Shown here piece by piece: positions 1 to 11,633 of a stretch of DNA of 64,000 bases. Below the pieces are notes generated by a model. That model did not search any database. It was not told the origin of the DNA and worked only from the letters and a program-made list of their open reading frames with translations. The number at the start of each line of letters is the position of its first letter. Position 1 is the stretch's first letter. The stretch lies in the NCBI RefSeq assembly GCF_037042905.1, contig NC_087256.1, positions 12,834,001 to 12,898,000 on the forward strand. Reading direction: 5' to 3'. The stretch is from Lytechinus pictus (Eukaryota). Position numbers and translations under genes: made by a program.

Positions 1-154
1 CAAGCCCACTTGTTCCAAAGTTTTCATTTCCCTTTAAGTACATATTGCTTAGTTTAAAACTAAAAAAATACATTGATTGTCACAAGTTCAGGAGGGTATA
101 TCCAAAATATAATCCTACACTTACAAACTATTTTGAAGCCATTTTATGACTTAC

Positions 155-242
155 CCTCTATTAGCCAAGGCAGGGACAATAGGACTTTTCCTATTCTCTT
201 CAACATGCTGACATTTCAAACAGCGAGTTTTAAAGAGAGATC
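155..242 (-). CDS. SIRT5: SIRT5 coding exon 4 (gene continues beyond window start)
   Basis: ttcag|GA...GG|gtaag; translates (G)[28 protein letters not shown](G) with the first CxxC of the sirtuin zinc site; phase matches exon 3. Confidence 0.92.
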
Positions 243-328
243 CTGAAAGGAAGGAAACACATAAGCACCTTAACAAAAATCTCAGCCGTGTCTTTCAACA
301 GGATATCCCACTGCATCTCCTTGCTGAT

Positions 329-353
329 AATATAATATAATATAATATAATAT
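329..353. repeat. (TATAA)n short microsatellite
   Basis: aatataatataatataatataatata. Confidence 0.7.
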
Positions 354-987
354 ACCCATCATTTTGGCATTTATACACATAACAATGGGGAAACCCAGAA
401 AGATACTGTGAAAGACAATGAGTCTGATTCCTGCAAAAAAAAATCAGCACAGACTTGTTAAGATGTCTAATAAATTACAATAATACACATTTTTGGATGA
501 AGCAAAAATAGATTGACTCAAATATTGAATTGAAATCATGAACAGGCTAACAATCAATATTGCCATACAAGGAAATCATTGTATCATCAATACTGTAGTC
601 AGAATTTCAATATCATAATCTTTTCATGATAAAGCCTTTCCTCATCTGATTTCTTTCCTTGAATTTTTAAAGCTCAATAAAATAAATGTTTATACTGTTT
701 TCATAAAATGGAGATGGTAAAAATAAATGCCTTGTTAAATCCATGTAAGGAATTCGTTCATACATTTACTCTTCTTTTTTAGGAATGAAAATATATAAAA
801 GGAATATATTAGTTCACAACCGTCAGTTCAATAAAAACTCATAGCATATTAAAATAAATTATGAAAAAATAATATAGAAAAAAAAAATCAGAAGGAAATT
901 AATTTTTTTTAAACTACAAAATAAAACCAGAAGAAAAGGAGTGATCAGAAGAACATAAGAATAATTTAACAGATAAAAAAATCTTAC

Positions 988-1105
988 CATGCATCTCTAT
1001 AACATTGGTTGAACCAGCTTGTCGATGAAGTTCATCTATATTTTGGGTGATGACTACTACTCTACGACCCTGCTTACTAAGCCGTTTCTCAAAATCTGCA
1101 ATAGC
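988..1105 (-). CDS. SIRT5: SIRT5 coding exon 3
   Basis: cccag|...G|gtaag; [40 protein letters not shown] contains the sirtuin TQNID motif and the catalytic HG. Confidence 0.95.
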
Positions 1106-1439
1106 CTGGGGGAAAATTGAAGGAAAAAATTAATTTCAGCAGATGTCATTTACTGAATGCTCACCAATTTATTTCAACATTTTTAATTGACAACAAAATA
1201 TGATTATTGAGCAATATTGTTTTACTTTTTACCTGTGGCAATTACAACCAATGTCAAATGAAGCAGAGGGTGTGATTGATGTAGGTGCACATATTTAACC
1301 AGTTTCAAGATTGCAAGTCATTGAAAACAGTTGCAGATAATACATCATATCATAATCACATCAACACCCCTGTCCATTTCTTACATATAATCTCTATCAT
1401 CAACCTGTATTTTAGCAATCTAATTATCAATCATCTCCC

Positions 1440-2003
1440 TCTCCTTTTAATCATCAATTCATCATCACCATCAACATCATTATTTCAATCATTGCATATG
1501 TGCATCACCATCACCATTAGCAGCACAATCATTATCATCATGGTATAAATTATAATATAACATCACAATCATAATGCATAACCACAACTGCCCTGCCACC
1601 AGTACACCCAAACTACCAACACCACTATCATCATGATCAATGTTATCTTCATTATCATCATATCACCACCACCATCATCACCATCGTCATCACTATCACC
1701 ACCATCATCAATCATCATCATCAATATTACCATCCTCATAACTATCACCATCATTATCATTGATCATCGCTATCATCATCATCATAACCATCATCATCAT
1801 CATCATAATCATCACCAACAATATCATCATTAACATCACTACCATCACTGTCATCACCATCATCATCACCATCATTATAACTATCACAATCATCTTCACT
1901 ATCACATCATCATCATCATCAACATCAACAATATAACTATCACAATTATCGTCACTATCACCATCATCATCATCGTCCTCATCATCATCATCATCATCAT
2001 CAT
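1440..2003. repeat. degenerate (CAT)n microsatellite in SIRT5 intron 2
   Basis: long run of catcat/caccat triplets; explains the His/Ile/Met-rich spurious ORFs. Confidence 0.9.
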
Positions 2004-2131
2004 TTTTCAGTGTATGTCTTTTCCACCACCTAAGTTACTCCCACTTCTTTCTTATCACAAATTCCAATAAACACCACGACTTCCTGATTAAATCAATCGT
2101 ACTGATACCTCTCACCACTGTCCTTACTCAC

Positions 2132-2239
2132 AATGTGGCCCTTGTTTGGATGTTTGGTAATCATCACTTCCCGTCTGTAATGGTAGAACTCCCAAACCAG
2201 AGAAGGGTTATCCTGAAATGCTTCTGGAGTGGCAAGTTG
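2132..2239 (-). CDS. SIRT5: SIRT5 coding exon 2
   Basis: ctag|CAA...ATT|gtgagt; [36 protein letters not shown] carries the YxxR pair typical of class III desuccinylase/demalonylase sirtuins. Confidence 0.95.
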
Positions 2240-2463
2240 CTAGAATAAAAAGCAAATCATACATTTGCATCTATTCAAAATTAGGATACCACTCATCGCC
2301 CTTATAAAAAATGTTCATGAAAACATCAGTGTCACCAGAGTGGTAAAAGACTGGAATTCTTACTGGAATTCTTTGATTGCAGATTTACAAATACTTTTGT
2401 AAGTCCTCAAAAGTCTTTCACTAACCTATGAAAAGTCATCAATCCTGATCTCATAATACAGTT

Positions 2464-3050
2464 TGAGTAAAATAAATTGACATTTCACAAATCCTGAAAA
2501 AAATCATGTCATGAACACACAATTATTATATATGGCCTGAAAGAGTATGTTCTCCCAAATAATTTGATACCATACATATGTGGTTGGCCGTATGTCAGTG
2601 ATGTGTAAAAGCTTGTATGATCAGGAGGTATTCCTGCAGTGGTGTTAAGTTTGATTTACGCCAAAGTAAGGCATGACTGCAATGAATGCAGCCAGATAAT
2701 CATACACTGGTTGCACTAACATCCATTTCAAAACACCTTTTTGATAATTTGATTGAAAAGCGATTTGCGAATATGTTTACTAACTGTAACTCATGTCGGA
2801 TATGACATCATTGGCATCTGGATTCATTCATTGCAGTCATGCCTTACTTTGGCAAAAGTCAAAATTTACATCACAGCAAAGAATAACTCCTGATCATCCA
2901 GGCATTAACACATAGTGACATACCACATAAATAAGATATTAAATTAATTGGGAGTTGATACTCTTTCCTTTTTCCAGCCATGTATAATGATTATGCATTT
3001 TCATGACATATTTTTTTCTTAGTGTGAGGTGTCAAGTTTTTTTTTACTCA
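2464..3050. mobile_element. old palindromic MITE-like element in SIRT5 intron 1
   Basis: long imperfect inverted repeat; best core gccaaagtaaggcatgactgcaatgaatg (~2660) vs cattcattgcagtcatgccttactttggc (~2825); outer arms tgagtaaa/tttactca. Confidence 0.7.
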
Positions 3051-3210
3051 CATGGTATATCCAATGTCATGCAATGATTCTAATTTTTATAAATATTTCT
3101 TGAACTTTGAAGGTAGCAAAATAAACTTCAATCGACTTGTTAACATACCCGTTAAGAATATTGACTATAACTTAGTCATACTGACAGAACATTGCCGTCT
3201 ATGCACATAC

Positions 3211-3516
3211 CTGCGCTTGCCACTTCCGCCAGAACCCTCCCGCTCCTCGGAACGTTGGTACTCCACTCTCGGCACTGGCTCCAGCACCTGTCATAAATAC
3301 GATGTGTTTTGCCTTTGAGATTTCTTCGCGAAGAGCTGCACTATCCGAGTTCCATCTTTGTTCTCCTGCTGCAGCCATCTTGAAGCTTTTTATTTCTTGC
3401 AGCGGATTTAGTAAATCTCTCAAGGCTCCAGAGACCGCACGAGGAATACAACTTCCTGAATATGATGCCCTTCTCGAGTGTGCTAAAACTAATGTTCCTC
3501 CTCGTAATAACCACAT
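3211..3516 (-). CDS. SIRT5: SIRT5 coding exon 1 (NAD-dependent protein deacylase sirtuin-5, mitochondrial); second in-frame ATG at 3378
   Basis: ATG at 3516; [35 protein letters not shown] ([15 protein letters not shown] NAD-binding motif); donor cag|gtatgt at 3211/3210. Confidence 0.92.
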
Positions 3517-3816
3517 TCTGATGATAATAAATTTGGGGGAAATTCCCCGTGTGCCTAGTCTATTTCGACGTCTTCATATGATCATTTTAATTCCTTTCGA
3601 CGACAGTATTATATAAAATGATATTTCATATGTTTTTATTCAATATCAAAAATATATATTGAAGTATTTTGAACAGATTTGTCGATTTTTGTTGTTGTTG
3701 TAATGAAAATAACAAGATCAACCTCTATTTTATTTGTATCAACTCTTGAAGAAGACTAACCAGGCGTGACACGAAAACAAACAAAAACAGAATCCACCAT
3801 TATTTTGCACCGACGT

Positions 3817-5595
3817 ATGAGGCGCCGAATGTACCAATATTATATAGAACAATTATTTGTTATATAATCATTATTTATTAAATAATAACTATTATTTATA
3901 TATAATTTACATTTTATTTGTAAATAACTACTATTATATAAAATATCATTTCTAATTATTTATATATAATTCCAAGTAATACTTCATTATTTGTAAATAA
4001 TAATAGTTCGACATTCCATTATTTATAAATAATGATTATTTGTTTTTCATTATTTATAAATAATGATTATTTGTTTTTCATTATTTATAAATAATGATTA
4101 TTTGTTTTTCATTATTTACAAATAATGATTATTTGTTTTTTCATTATTTATAAATAATGATTATTTGTTTTTCATTATTTATAAATAATGATTATTTGTT
4201 TTTCATTATTTACAAATAATGATTATTTGTTTTTCATTATTTATAAATAATGATTATTTGTTTTTCATTATTTATAAATAATGATAATTGGTTTTTCATT
4301 ATTTATAAATAATGATTATTTGTTTTTCATTATTTACAAATAATGATTATTTGTTTTTCATTATTTATAAATAATGATTATTTGTTTTTCATTATTTATA
4401 AATAATTTGTTGAGTTTTCCATTATTTATAAATAATGATTATTTGTTAAATAATGAAAACGTCTACTTCATTATTTATAAATAATTTTTTCGAGTGCACC
4501 ATTATTCTCATTATTTATAAATAATCATTATTTAATGTTCGAGTTTTCCATTATTTATAAATAAAGATTATTTGTTAAATAATGAAATATCTACTTCATT
4601 ATTTATAAATAATAATTTTGTTTCAATATCCCATTAATCATTATTTATAAACAATTTTTACAGTTTGCCATTATATACAAATAATCATTATTTATTAAAT
4701 AATGCCATTATTTATTAAATAATGCCATTATTTATTAAATAATGGTTATTTGTATATAAATAATGATTATTTATAAATAATGGATATTGAAACAAAATTA
4801 TTATTTATAAATAATGAAGTAGATATTTCATTATTTAACAAATAATCTTTATTTATAAATAATGGAAAACTCGAACATTAAATAATGATTATTTATAAAT
4901 AATGAGAATAATGGTGCACTCGAAAAAATTATTTATAAATAATGAAGTAGACGTTTTCATTATTTAACAAATAATCATTATTTATAAATAATGGAAAACT
5001 CAACAAATTATTTATAAATAATGAAAAACAAATAATCATTATTTATAAATAATGAAAAACAAATAATCATTATTTATAAATAATGAAAAACCAATTATCA
5101 TTATTTATAAATAATGAAAAACAAATAATCATTATTTATAAATAATGAAAAACAAATAATCATTATTTGTAAATAATGAAAAACAAATAATCATTATTTA
5201 TAAATAATGAAAAACAAATAATCATTATTTATAAATAATGAAAAACAAATAATCATTATTTGTAAATAATGAAAAACAAATAATCATTATTTATAAATAA
5301 TGAAAAACAAATAATCATTATTTATAAATAATGAAAAACAAATAATCATTATTTATAAATAATGAAAAACAAATAATCATTATTTATAAATAATGGAATG
5401 TCGAACTATTATTATTTACAAATAATGAAGTATTACTTGGAATTATATATAAATAATTAGAAATGATATTTTATATAATAGTAGTTATTTACAAATAAAA
5501 TGTAAATTATATATAAATAATAGTTATTATTTAATAAATAATGATTATATAACAAATAATTGTTCTATATAATATTGGTACATTCGGCGCCTCAT
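3817..5595. mobile_element. foldback-type transposon: ~0.83-kb inverted arms with internal 31-bp tandem arrays
   Basis: ends atgaggcgccgaatgtaccaatatt...aatattggtacattcggcgcctcat; flanking direct repeat accgacgt at 3809-3816 and 5596-5603; unit cattatttataaataatgattatttgttttt. Confidence 0.92.
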
Positions 5596-5779
5596 ACCGA
5601 CGTACCGGTATTTCATTTGAATCTGGTACAATAAATTCGTAGCCAATATCTGGAATGTAGTATTGCAAATGTTGCTTGTATCGTTCACTATACTCTACTG
5701 CTATCCGTCATGGCTTCATGAATGTGCAAAATATTAATCCTGAATAGTATTTTGTCGTGATAATGAAACTATTTTCTTC

Positions 5780-5883
5780 CTGATTCTTGACGACGCGCCC
5801 GTATCCTATCCGGCTACAGTGCAGTGCAGTACGTTGTCAATCGAGCTCGCAAGCGATTCCCCGGCCCGTCCAAGCAACCTCCG
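5780..5883 (+). other. TMEM230: probable non-coding first exon of TMEM230 (5' limit approximate)
   Basis: CpG-rich patch ending in a consensus donor ccg|gtaagt at 5883/5884, upstream of the first coding exon. Confidence 0.55.
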
Positions 5884-6161
5884 GTAAGTATTCAGCTTTA
5901 TAAATATATTATAATCATGTATGATGGGGGGGGGGGGGGGCACCTAAAGCTACGCAGTTTGTTTACAAACGATATCAGAAAAACAATGCAAATTTTGATA
6001 TTTTAACAAATTATCTTTCACTAATATTGTGGCAAAAATTCTATTTATAATATAAAGATCATTAACCAGGAAGAAGAAAAAGAATCACTATAACTAGTAT
6101 AAGATTATGTAAATCCTGCCATGTTTTCTGAACTTGATTTCGCCACCTGATGTAGAACTAC

Positions 6162-6466
6162 TAGAAGGGGTCCTAAAGCTACGCACTCGATTTATCATGC
6201 AAAAAATAGTATCTCATGTGTCTCAAAACTCTCAATTTTCTAAATATGTTCATATTGGTATAGGATTATATGAAATTAAAGCAAATATAACTCAAAAATT
6301 CCAAACAGTTGTGGGTTTTCTCTGCATTTTACTGCAGCCTCTGTAGAAAAAATTGAATAGGAATCGTTCATCACTCTGCAGTCACAGTCCAACACACAGA
6401 GTGCGTATTTGCCATTAAAAACTGCATTGCGCGATGAGTGGTGCATAGCTTTAGGGCCCCCTTCCA
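6162..6466. mobile_element. MITE
   Basis: TIRs gaaggggtcctaaagctacgcactc / gagtggtgcatagctttagggcccccttc; an extra left-end copy lies at ~5935-5956. Confidence 0.7.
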
Positions 6467-7239
6467 TACATGTAAATTGTAATTGTTAATTGATGGCACT
6501 ATAGCAGGCAGCAGCCCAGGAGAAAATAAAAGGTCTACAGGTGTATTGTTGTCGCACAATAATCATCAATATCATGGTAATGGTGCAGAATGAATCATTG
6601 ACAGAATCATGCAACAAGTCTGAGAAAATGCAAGCTAATGATTACCCCTGTAGTTTTTGCCTTTGGCAACAAAAAAATAATTCAAAGAATAAATAAAAAC
6701 TTTACCAAGGCTGCATGCAAGAGCTAAAAAGTTAGTAGTGTTGTTGCTGAATTTCCGATTGGCACTACTGTAATGAAAATTTGCAAATTTGTATTAATTA
6801 TTTAAATGAATCCTGCCAAATCCGAGTATTGTTACTTGATTCAGATTCAATCAGAATATGCAGGAACTGTCTCCAAAAATCAAAGGGAATCCAATTTTTT
6901 TTATTTTGAAAAATTGTCTTGCTCTAGCATTATAGTCATTCATGCGATTTTACTCCGATGAGTGCATGTTGAAAAGCTTCAGTAGGTCCGTTCTTAAAGC
7001 TATTTTCAATTTTGCGGTACCAAACAGAGTTGTTCTGTGGTAAGCTTAGTATCACTGGGGTTTTGCAAGGACAGAAGTTTATGTGGCAGATTGGATTGGG
7101 GTGGGATGTCTTAATCCACTACTCTTTCCACAGGAGACAAAGATGGTGGTTTCAGAACGTAGATTGTACAGTTTAAGAAAAGGATGTACCTTAGATGTAC
7201 ATGTAAGTTATGTTATTGTAGATGTCATTGATAATTGGT

Positions 7240-7430
7240 ATCATTATTATTATTATTATTTATTCGGCATAATCAAACACATAAACAACATATATACAAA
7301 CAATAGGAATAGGAGAGTCACATGGATGCCGGGAAAGGAAAAAGATTAAATAACTATAACCCGAAGGTCTTCCTTTTCAGTATCAGTTATACTAATGAAA
7401 CATTACTACACTATTAACAAAAAATACCAT
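7240..7430 (-). mobile_element. possible 3' end of a non-LTR retrotransposon with (TAA)n tail
   Basis: on the minus strand reads ...gaataaataataataataataat after a T/G-rich UTR-like stretch; no coding evidence. Confidence 0.3.
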
Positions 7431-7798
7431 CATCAATAAGTTGAAGTAGATAGCGGTCAATGCACATTGTCTTTTATGCTGGTCAGAATTCTGTTATTTA
7501 GGGTAAAATACCACTACTAACAAGAAAAGTAGGCCTAATTTACCTGTAAATTTACAAACAGATTTCTTGAAATTGCCACAATTCTAGTTAATTTATTCTT
7601 GCTAAAGATGCCTTCATATACGTGATCCAAAATGTATTGTATGTAACATGTGTAAGTGTAATAATGTTTTTTTTCATAGGCTTGTGGAAAAATATAAAAC
7701 AGACATGTGCAAATTTGACTCCCTCTGAATTTGCTATAGATCCAGTGAAAACCATCCTCTAAAACGAATGTGACTGACTCTTATACATAGGACAGGAA

Positions 7799-7897
7799 AT
7801 GCCTACATATCACAGAATGGCAAACGGAGCTGAGTCAACGGATATCAAATACCAGCGAATGAAATCACCTACTGGGGATGGCTACACTGCTTTACAG
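7799..7897 (+). CDS. TMEM230: TMEM230 coding exon 1
   Basis: acceptor atag at 7790, ATG 7799; MPTYHRMANGAESTDIKYQRMKSPTGDGYTALQ|gtatgt resembles the KYxRL...DGYxxLQ N-terminus of TMEM230. Confidence 0.88.
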
Positions 7898-8473
7898 GTA
7901 TGTGATAATGATGATGTAACTTCCTAGAATACCTAGGGTGCTTATCAATTTCATCTTGTATGACGTTGCCTTACATGCATGCAGTGTTCAAAATGAGAAT
8001 TTATGGAATTTGTATTACATGACATGAGATTGCTGCACTTGTGTGACTGTGAGGACATAACATCAAAATTTCATAACACTTAATTGATTAATTTGTTTTT
8101 TCATATTTTGTGCTTTTGTTGAAACCAACTTGAAGGTATGGTGAAATTTCCCTTCAAGCATGACCTAAATTTGCTCTCAAATTGCAAGTTGCATCACTGC
8201 ATTTGTTAGATTTTGCTGAAGGGATTCTTATTATTTTAAACATCAATTTGATGACATGTGAATATCATATGCATATTTGTGTTAAAAGTTCACTTTAAAT
8301 CACAAATATTTTTTTTAACATGCCCAATAAGGCCCATGATGAGATGTCACAATAGTGTCCAAGTCAAAGACGTGGGATAATTTAGGCAATATTGGTGATA
8401 CCTCCCTTAATACAAGGCAATATAAATGATATCTCCCTCAATGCAAGTCAATATTTTTCTCTTATTCACACAG

Positions 8474-8737
8474 TTCAAGAAGCGACCTGTCAAGATCCCG
8501 TGGAGATCCATAACCGTAGCCATTGTTCTCTTCATACTTGGCTCTGCCCTGCTATGCGTCGGAGCCCTCCTTCTCTCAGGTCACATCTCCAGCAAGTACA
8601 ACGATCGTCTGTGGCCCATCATGATCCTGGGTGTCCTACTCTTTGTACCAGGGGCCTATCATGTTCGACTGGCTTGCTATGCTTACAAGGGCTACAAAGG
8701 CTATTCCTTTGAAGACATACCAGATTATGAGGACTGA
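8474..8737 (+). CDS. TMEM230: TMEM230 coding exon 2 (two TM helices, stop)
   Basis: cacag|TTC; FKKRPVKIPWRSI...LLLSGHIS...LFVPGAYHVRLACYAYKGYKGYSFEDIPDYED*; total 120 aa. Confidence 0.93.
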   Translation, partial: FKKRPVKIPWRSITVAIVLFILGSALLCVGALLLSGHISSKYNDRLWPIMILGVLLFVPGAYHVRLACYAYKGYKGYSFEDIPDYED

Positions 8738-9608
8738 TGAACTGCACACGCCCTGTATTGAACCCCCTCATGTGCCTCCAAATTTCTTCCTATCATTCCT
8801 GCTATCTTTTTCACAAATACACAGTAAAAACTGAAAACTTCTGAAGAAGTCTGTGGCAGGAGGATACCATTCTAGACTTCGCCAGTAGAGGTTCTGCACC
8901 CTGGACCTACTCTACTCAAACTCAGTCATAACAAATAGTTGATATGTTTGTGTCTTTTGACTATATTTACTAATAATGAATCAGTGCTTGTGGTAATTTC
9001 ACCACCATTCCCTCAGGCATTCTTTCAATCTTACTTTTTATTTTCTTATTTTCATACATTACCTTTTTCCATACTCTAAACCTGGGTTAAACTTATTCCA
9101 ATGTTGATGTAAAATTTATTTTGGGTCTAATGAGATACTCTATCATTTTGTAAATGAGATATATTTATCAGTCAAACCAAATAAACCTCCTCAAGGATTG
9201 AATCTAAAAATTCAATCCTTGTATTTCTTATGTTTTACCCGACTAATGGTTTCATGTTAGTACAAGCATCGATGTTGATCTTGTTTGAGAAAGGGGTATA
9301 AGAATAATAGGGTAGAGTTTCGTTTTGCTACCCATTTTTAAATATGCATATCACATTTCAAAGTTAAACTTGAGTTTAGAATAAAGATCTCTAACTTTGT
9401 GTTTTTTAACTTACACTTTGTAACTATGTGCTAGTTACATGTCATGTTTTTCTCTCTGAAATTCTTGAGGTAAGGCAGGTAAAGTATTTTTAAGCTGAAC
9501 AAAAAATGAAGGCAATTTTTCCATGGTAATCATTTAGAAATATTATCAATGATTCATCTTACAAACCATACATTTATTTATTTTTGCAGGGTATTTATTT
9601 TCGTTATG

Positions 9609-10234
9609 AATATACTACTCTTCCATTCAACCCTTTTCCCTTCATTCAACAATTGATGTTTTCATTCATCAAGGTTTACTGGTCAAGTGTTTTCACCATG
9701 TACATTTGAAACAATGTGTAGTATGTGTACCAAAATCTACTTAATTCTGTAAAATTTGGCATTTATAAAAACTTTTGTTTCAAATTCTAACAATAATGTG
9801 AAGAGATGAAAATTTGAAAGCAGTCATGCTAAAAAATGCTTATAATAACCAAAATGAATAAATAAGCATGTGTTGTATATTATACTTTGAAATTGCTGAG
9901 CAATCACACATTTTTCTATCAGGATCTACACATTCAAATACCAGTATTTTGTCATATTGGGGGTGGGGGGATGGGAGTATTTATTTTGTGATCATTGCCA
10001 CAAATGGAATGTATTTTGAGCATATTCTCATTTTGGCCCTTTTTGGACCTTCTTTGGAGATTTCCCCTGACTTTGATTATATTCTTCTTCTTTCAGTGAA
10101 GTGTGTTTCAAGATACTGTAGAAATCCATTTGGTAAATATACTACTCTTCAATTCAATCCTTTTTTCCTTCATTCATTTTAACAATTAATTTTTTCATTC
10201 ATCGAGGTTTACTGGTCAAGTGTTTTCACCATGT
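9609..10234. repeat. local ~95-bp direct duplication (9609-9701 and 10136-10234)
   Basis: both copies read aatatactactcttc...ttttcattcatc(a/g)aggtttactggtcaagtgttttcaccatgt. Confidence 0.8.
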
Positions 10235-10720
10235 TGAGGAATGACTTTTCAGTATAGCCCTCCACATTATTTCTTTTTATTGGTACAAATTACATGTACA
10301 ATCAGCATATTTTGTGTACATATAGATGATGTCTTTTTCCAGATGGAATGTTATTCTTTATTATGAAATGTTCATAAACACTGAATTCATCCAGAGTTAA
10401 TTTTCATGCCAACACCATGGGGTTAGTGTAAGAATCCATATCATTATTTAGAAAATATTTTATGAGCAATACGACTTTGTGAATATTTATTGATATTATT
10501 TATTCATACGTGTAGATGAATTTATATTATGCAGTCGAGTACAGAAGGAAAAGAATATACTTATGTTTGTACTGCCATAGAATCCATGTGATCAAGATCA
10601 CTTCTCTTTGAAATAGATTAGCTTTTGCACAATGTGAATCATTGGGTAGTGGTCCTTATTCATTGGTCCATATTCTCGACTCTGGTTTAATTGAAACCAT
10701 GGTCTCCAGGCTAGAATTAA

Positions 10721-10998
10721 AGGCCTGGTCCCACTGGCCGACGGACACAAAACGTACTCATAACGGATACAGCGAACAAGCAAAATTTCAGGGTGGCTCC
10801 ATCTGTTTTCATCCGCTCCACACAATGGACAAAATGGGCGAACAATGAAATCACAGTGGACGGATGCTCGATGGATATAGAGCGTATGAAGCACATATGC
10901 AGAGTACACATCAGATACATAACGTTTTCCAATGGATGGCAAGATTCTTTTCCGTTTTACATCCTCCCTGCATTGGTAAGTGTAGTGGGACCAAGCCT
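10721..10998. mobile_element. MITE, PIF/Harbinger-like
   Basis: TIRs aggcctggtcccact / agtgggaccaagcct; internal acggat-type repeats; AT-rich taa/gaa flanks. Confidence 0.7.
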
Positions 10999-11440
10999 GA
11001 AGAAGCTAAGTGTTTGATTTGCCTTGCATTATCTTTATGATTTTTTTTTTTTCTCATTTTTTTCATATAGATGAATATTTTATATATCATTTCTAGGACA
11101 GGTTTTAGTTTGTTCTTTTGTAAGGCAAAATGTGATAAGTTGATCATCTGAATATAGAGATTTGTGTCACATTTGGCTCCCCATGGTTAACACATAGATT
11201 TAAGTTTATTATGAGTTCAGAATGTGGACCATTATTAATCCAGGCTTTTTCTTGGTAATCTGAGTGAGAATGGGATTGACTTGTGAAAGCTGGAAAAGCT
11301 AATGCGTTATTCTGTGATGGCTGATGTTAGTATGAAAATTGTGTTTGTGTGTAAAAAAATGAAACACAATGATGACATTGGAAGTTGACAAAACATTCTA
11401 GTGTGTTTAATGTTGGATTTTCAAATCACACTAGAACACC

Positions 11441-11633
11441 CGAGAGTGTGACTTAAAAGAGTCGCACTAACTTTCCAGTTGCATGCTGTATAAAAGGCAT
11501 CACCACTTTGGTCAAATTATGCTAAGAGGATGCCCGTTACCGTGTATTAATCAATAAGATTGCACGTTACATACCATGTGCAATTCAGCACTAGGCATGA
11601 CTCTAAGTCATACTTAACTCCTTGTGAAACATC
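11441..11633. mobile_element. diverged partial copy of the MITE at 14222-14427
   Basis: shared tcaataagattgc.cgttacata.catgt and tcatacttaa.tc.ttgtgaaaca. Confidence 0.7.

Noticed and set aside
1285-1905. His/Ile/Met/Asp-rich ORFs
   Set aside because: Translations of the (CAT)n microsatellite in a SIRT5 intron
4017-5395. CRISPR-like array of 31-bp repeats
   Set aside because: No unique spacers, eukaryotic context, no cas genes; part of the foldback arms
8426-8473. N-terminus of the 103-aa ORF (MISPSMQ...)
   Set aside because: Intronic read-through; the real exon starts at the acceptor 8473/8474
10598-11017. Overlapping 68-114-aa ORFs
   Set aside because: They coincide with a MITE and have no recognisable domain
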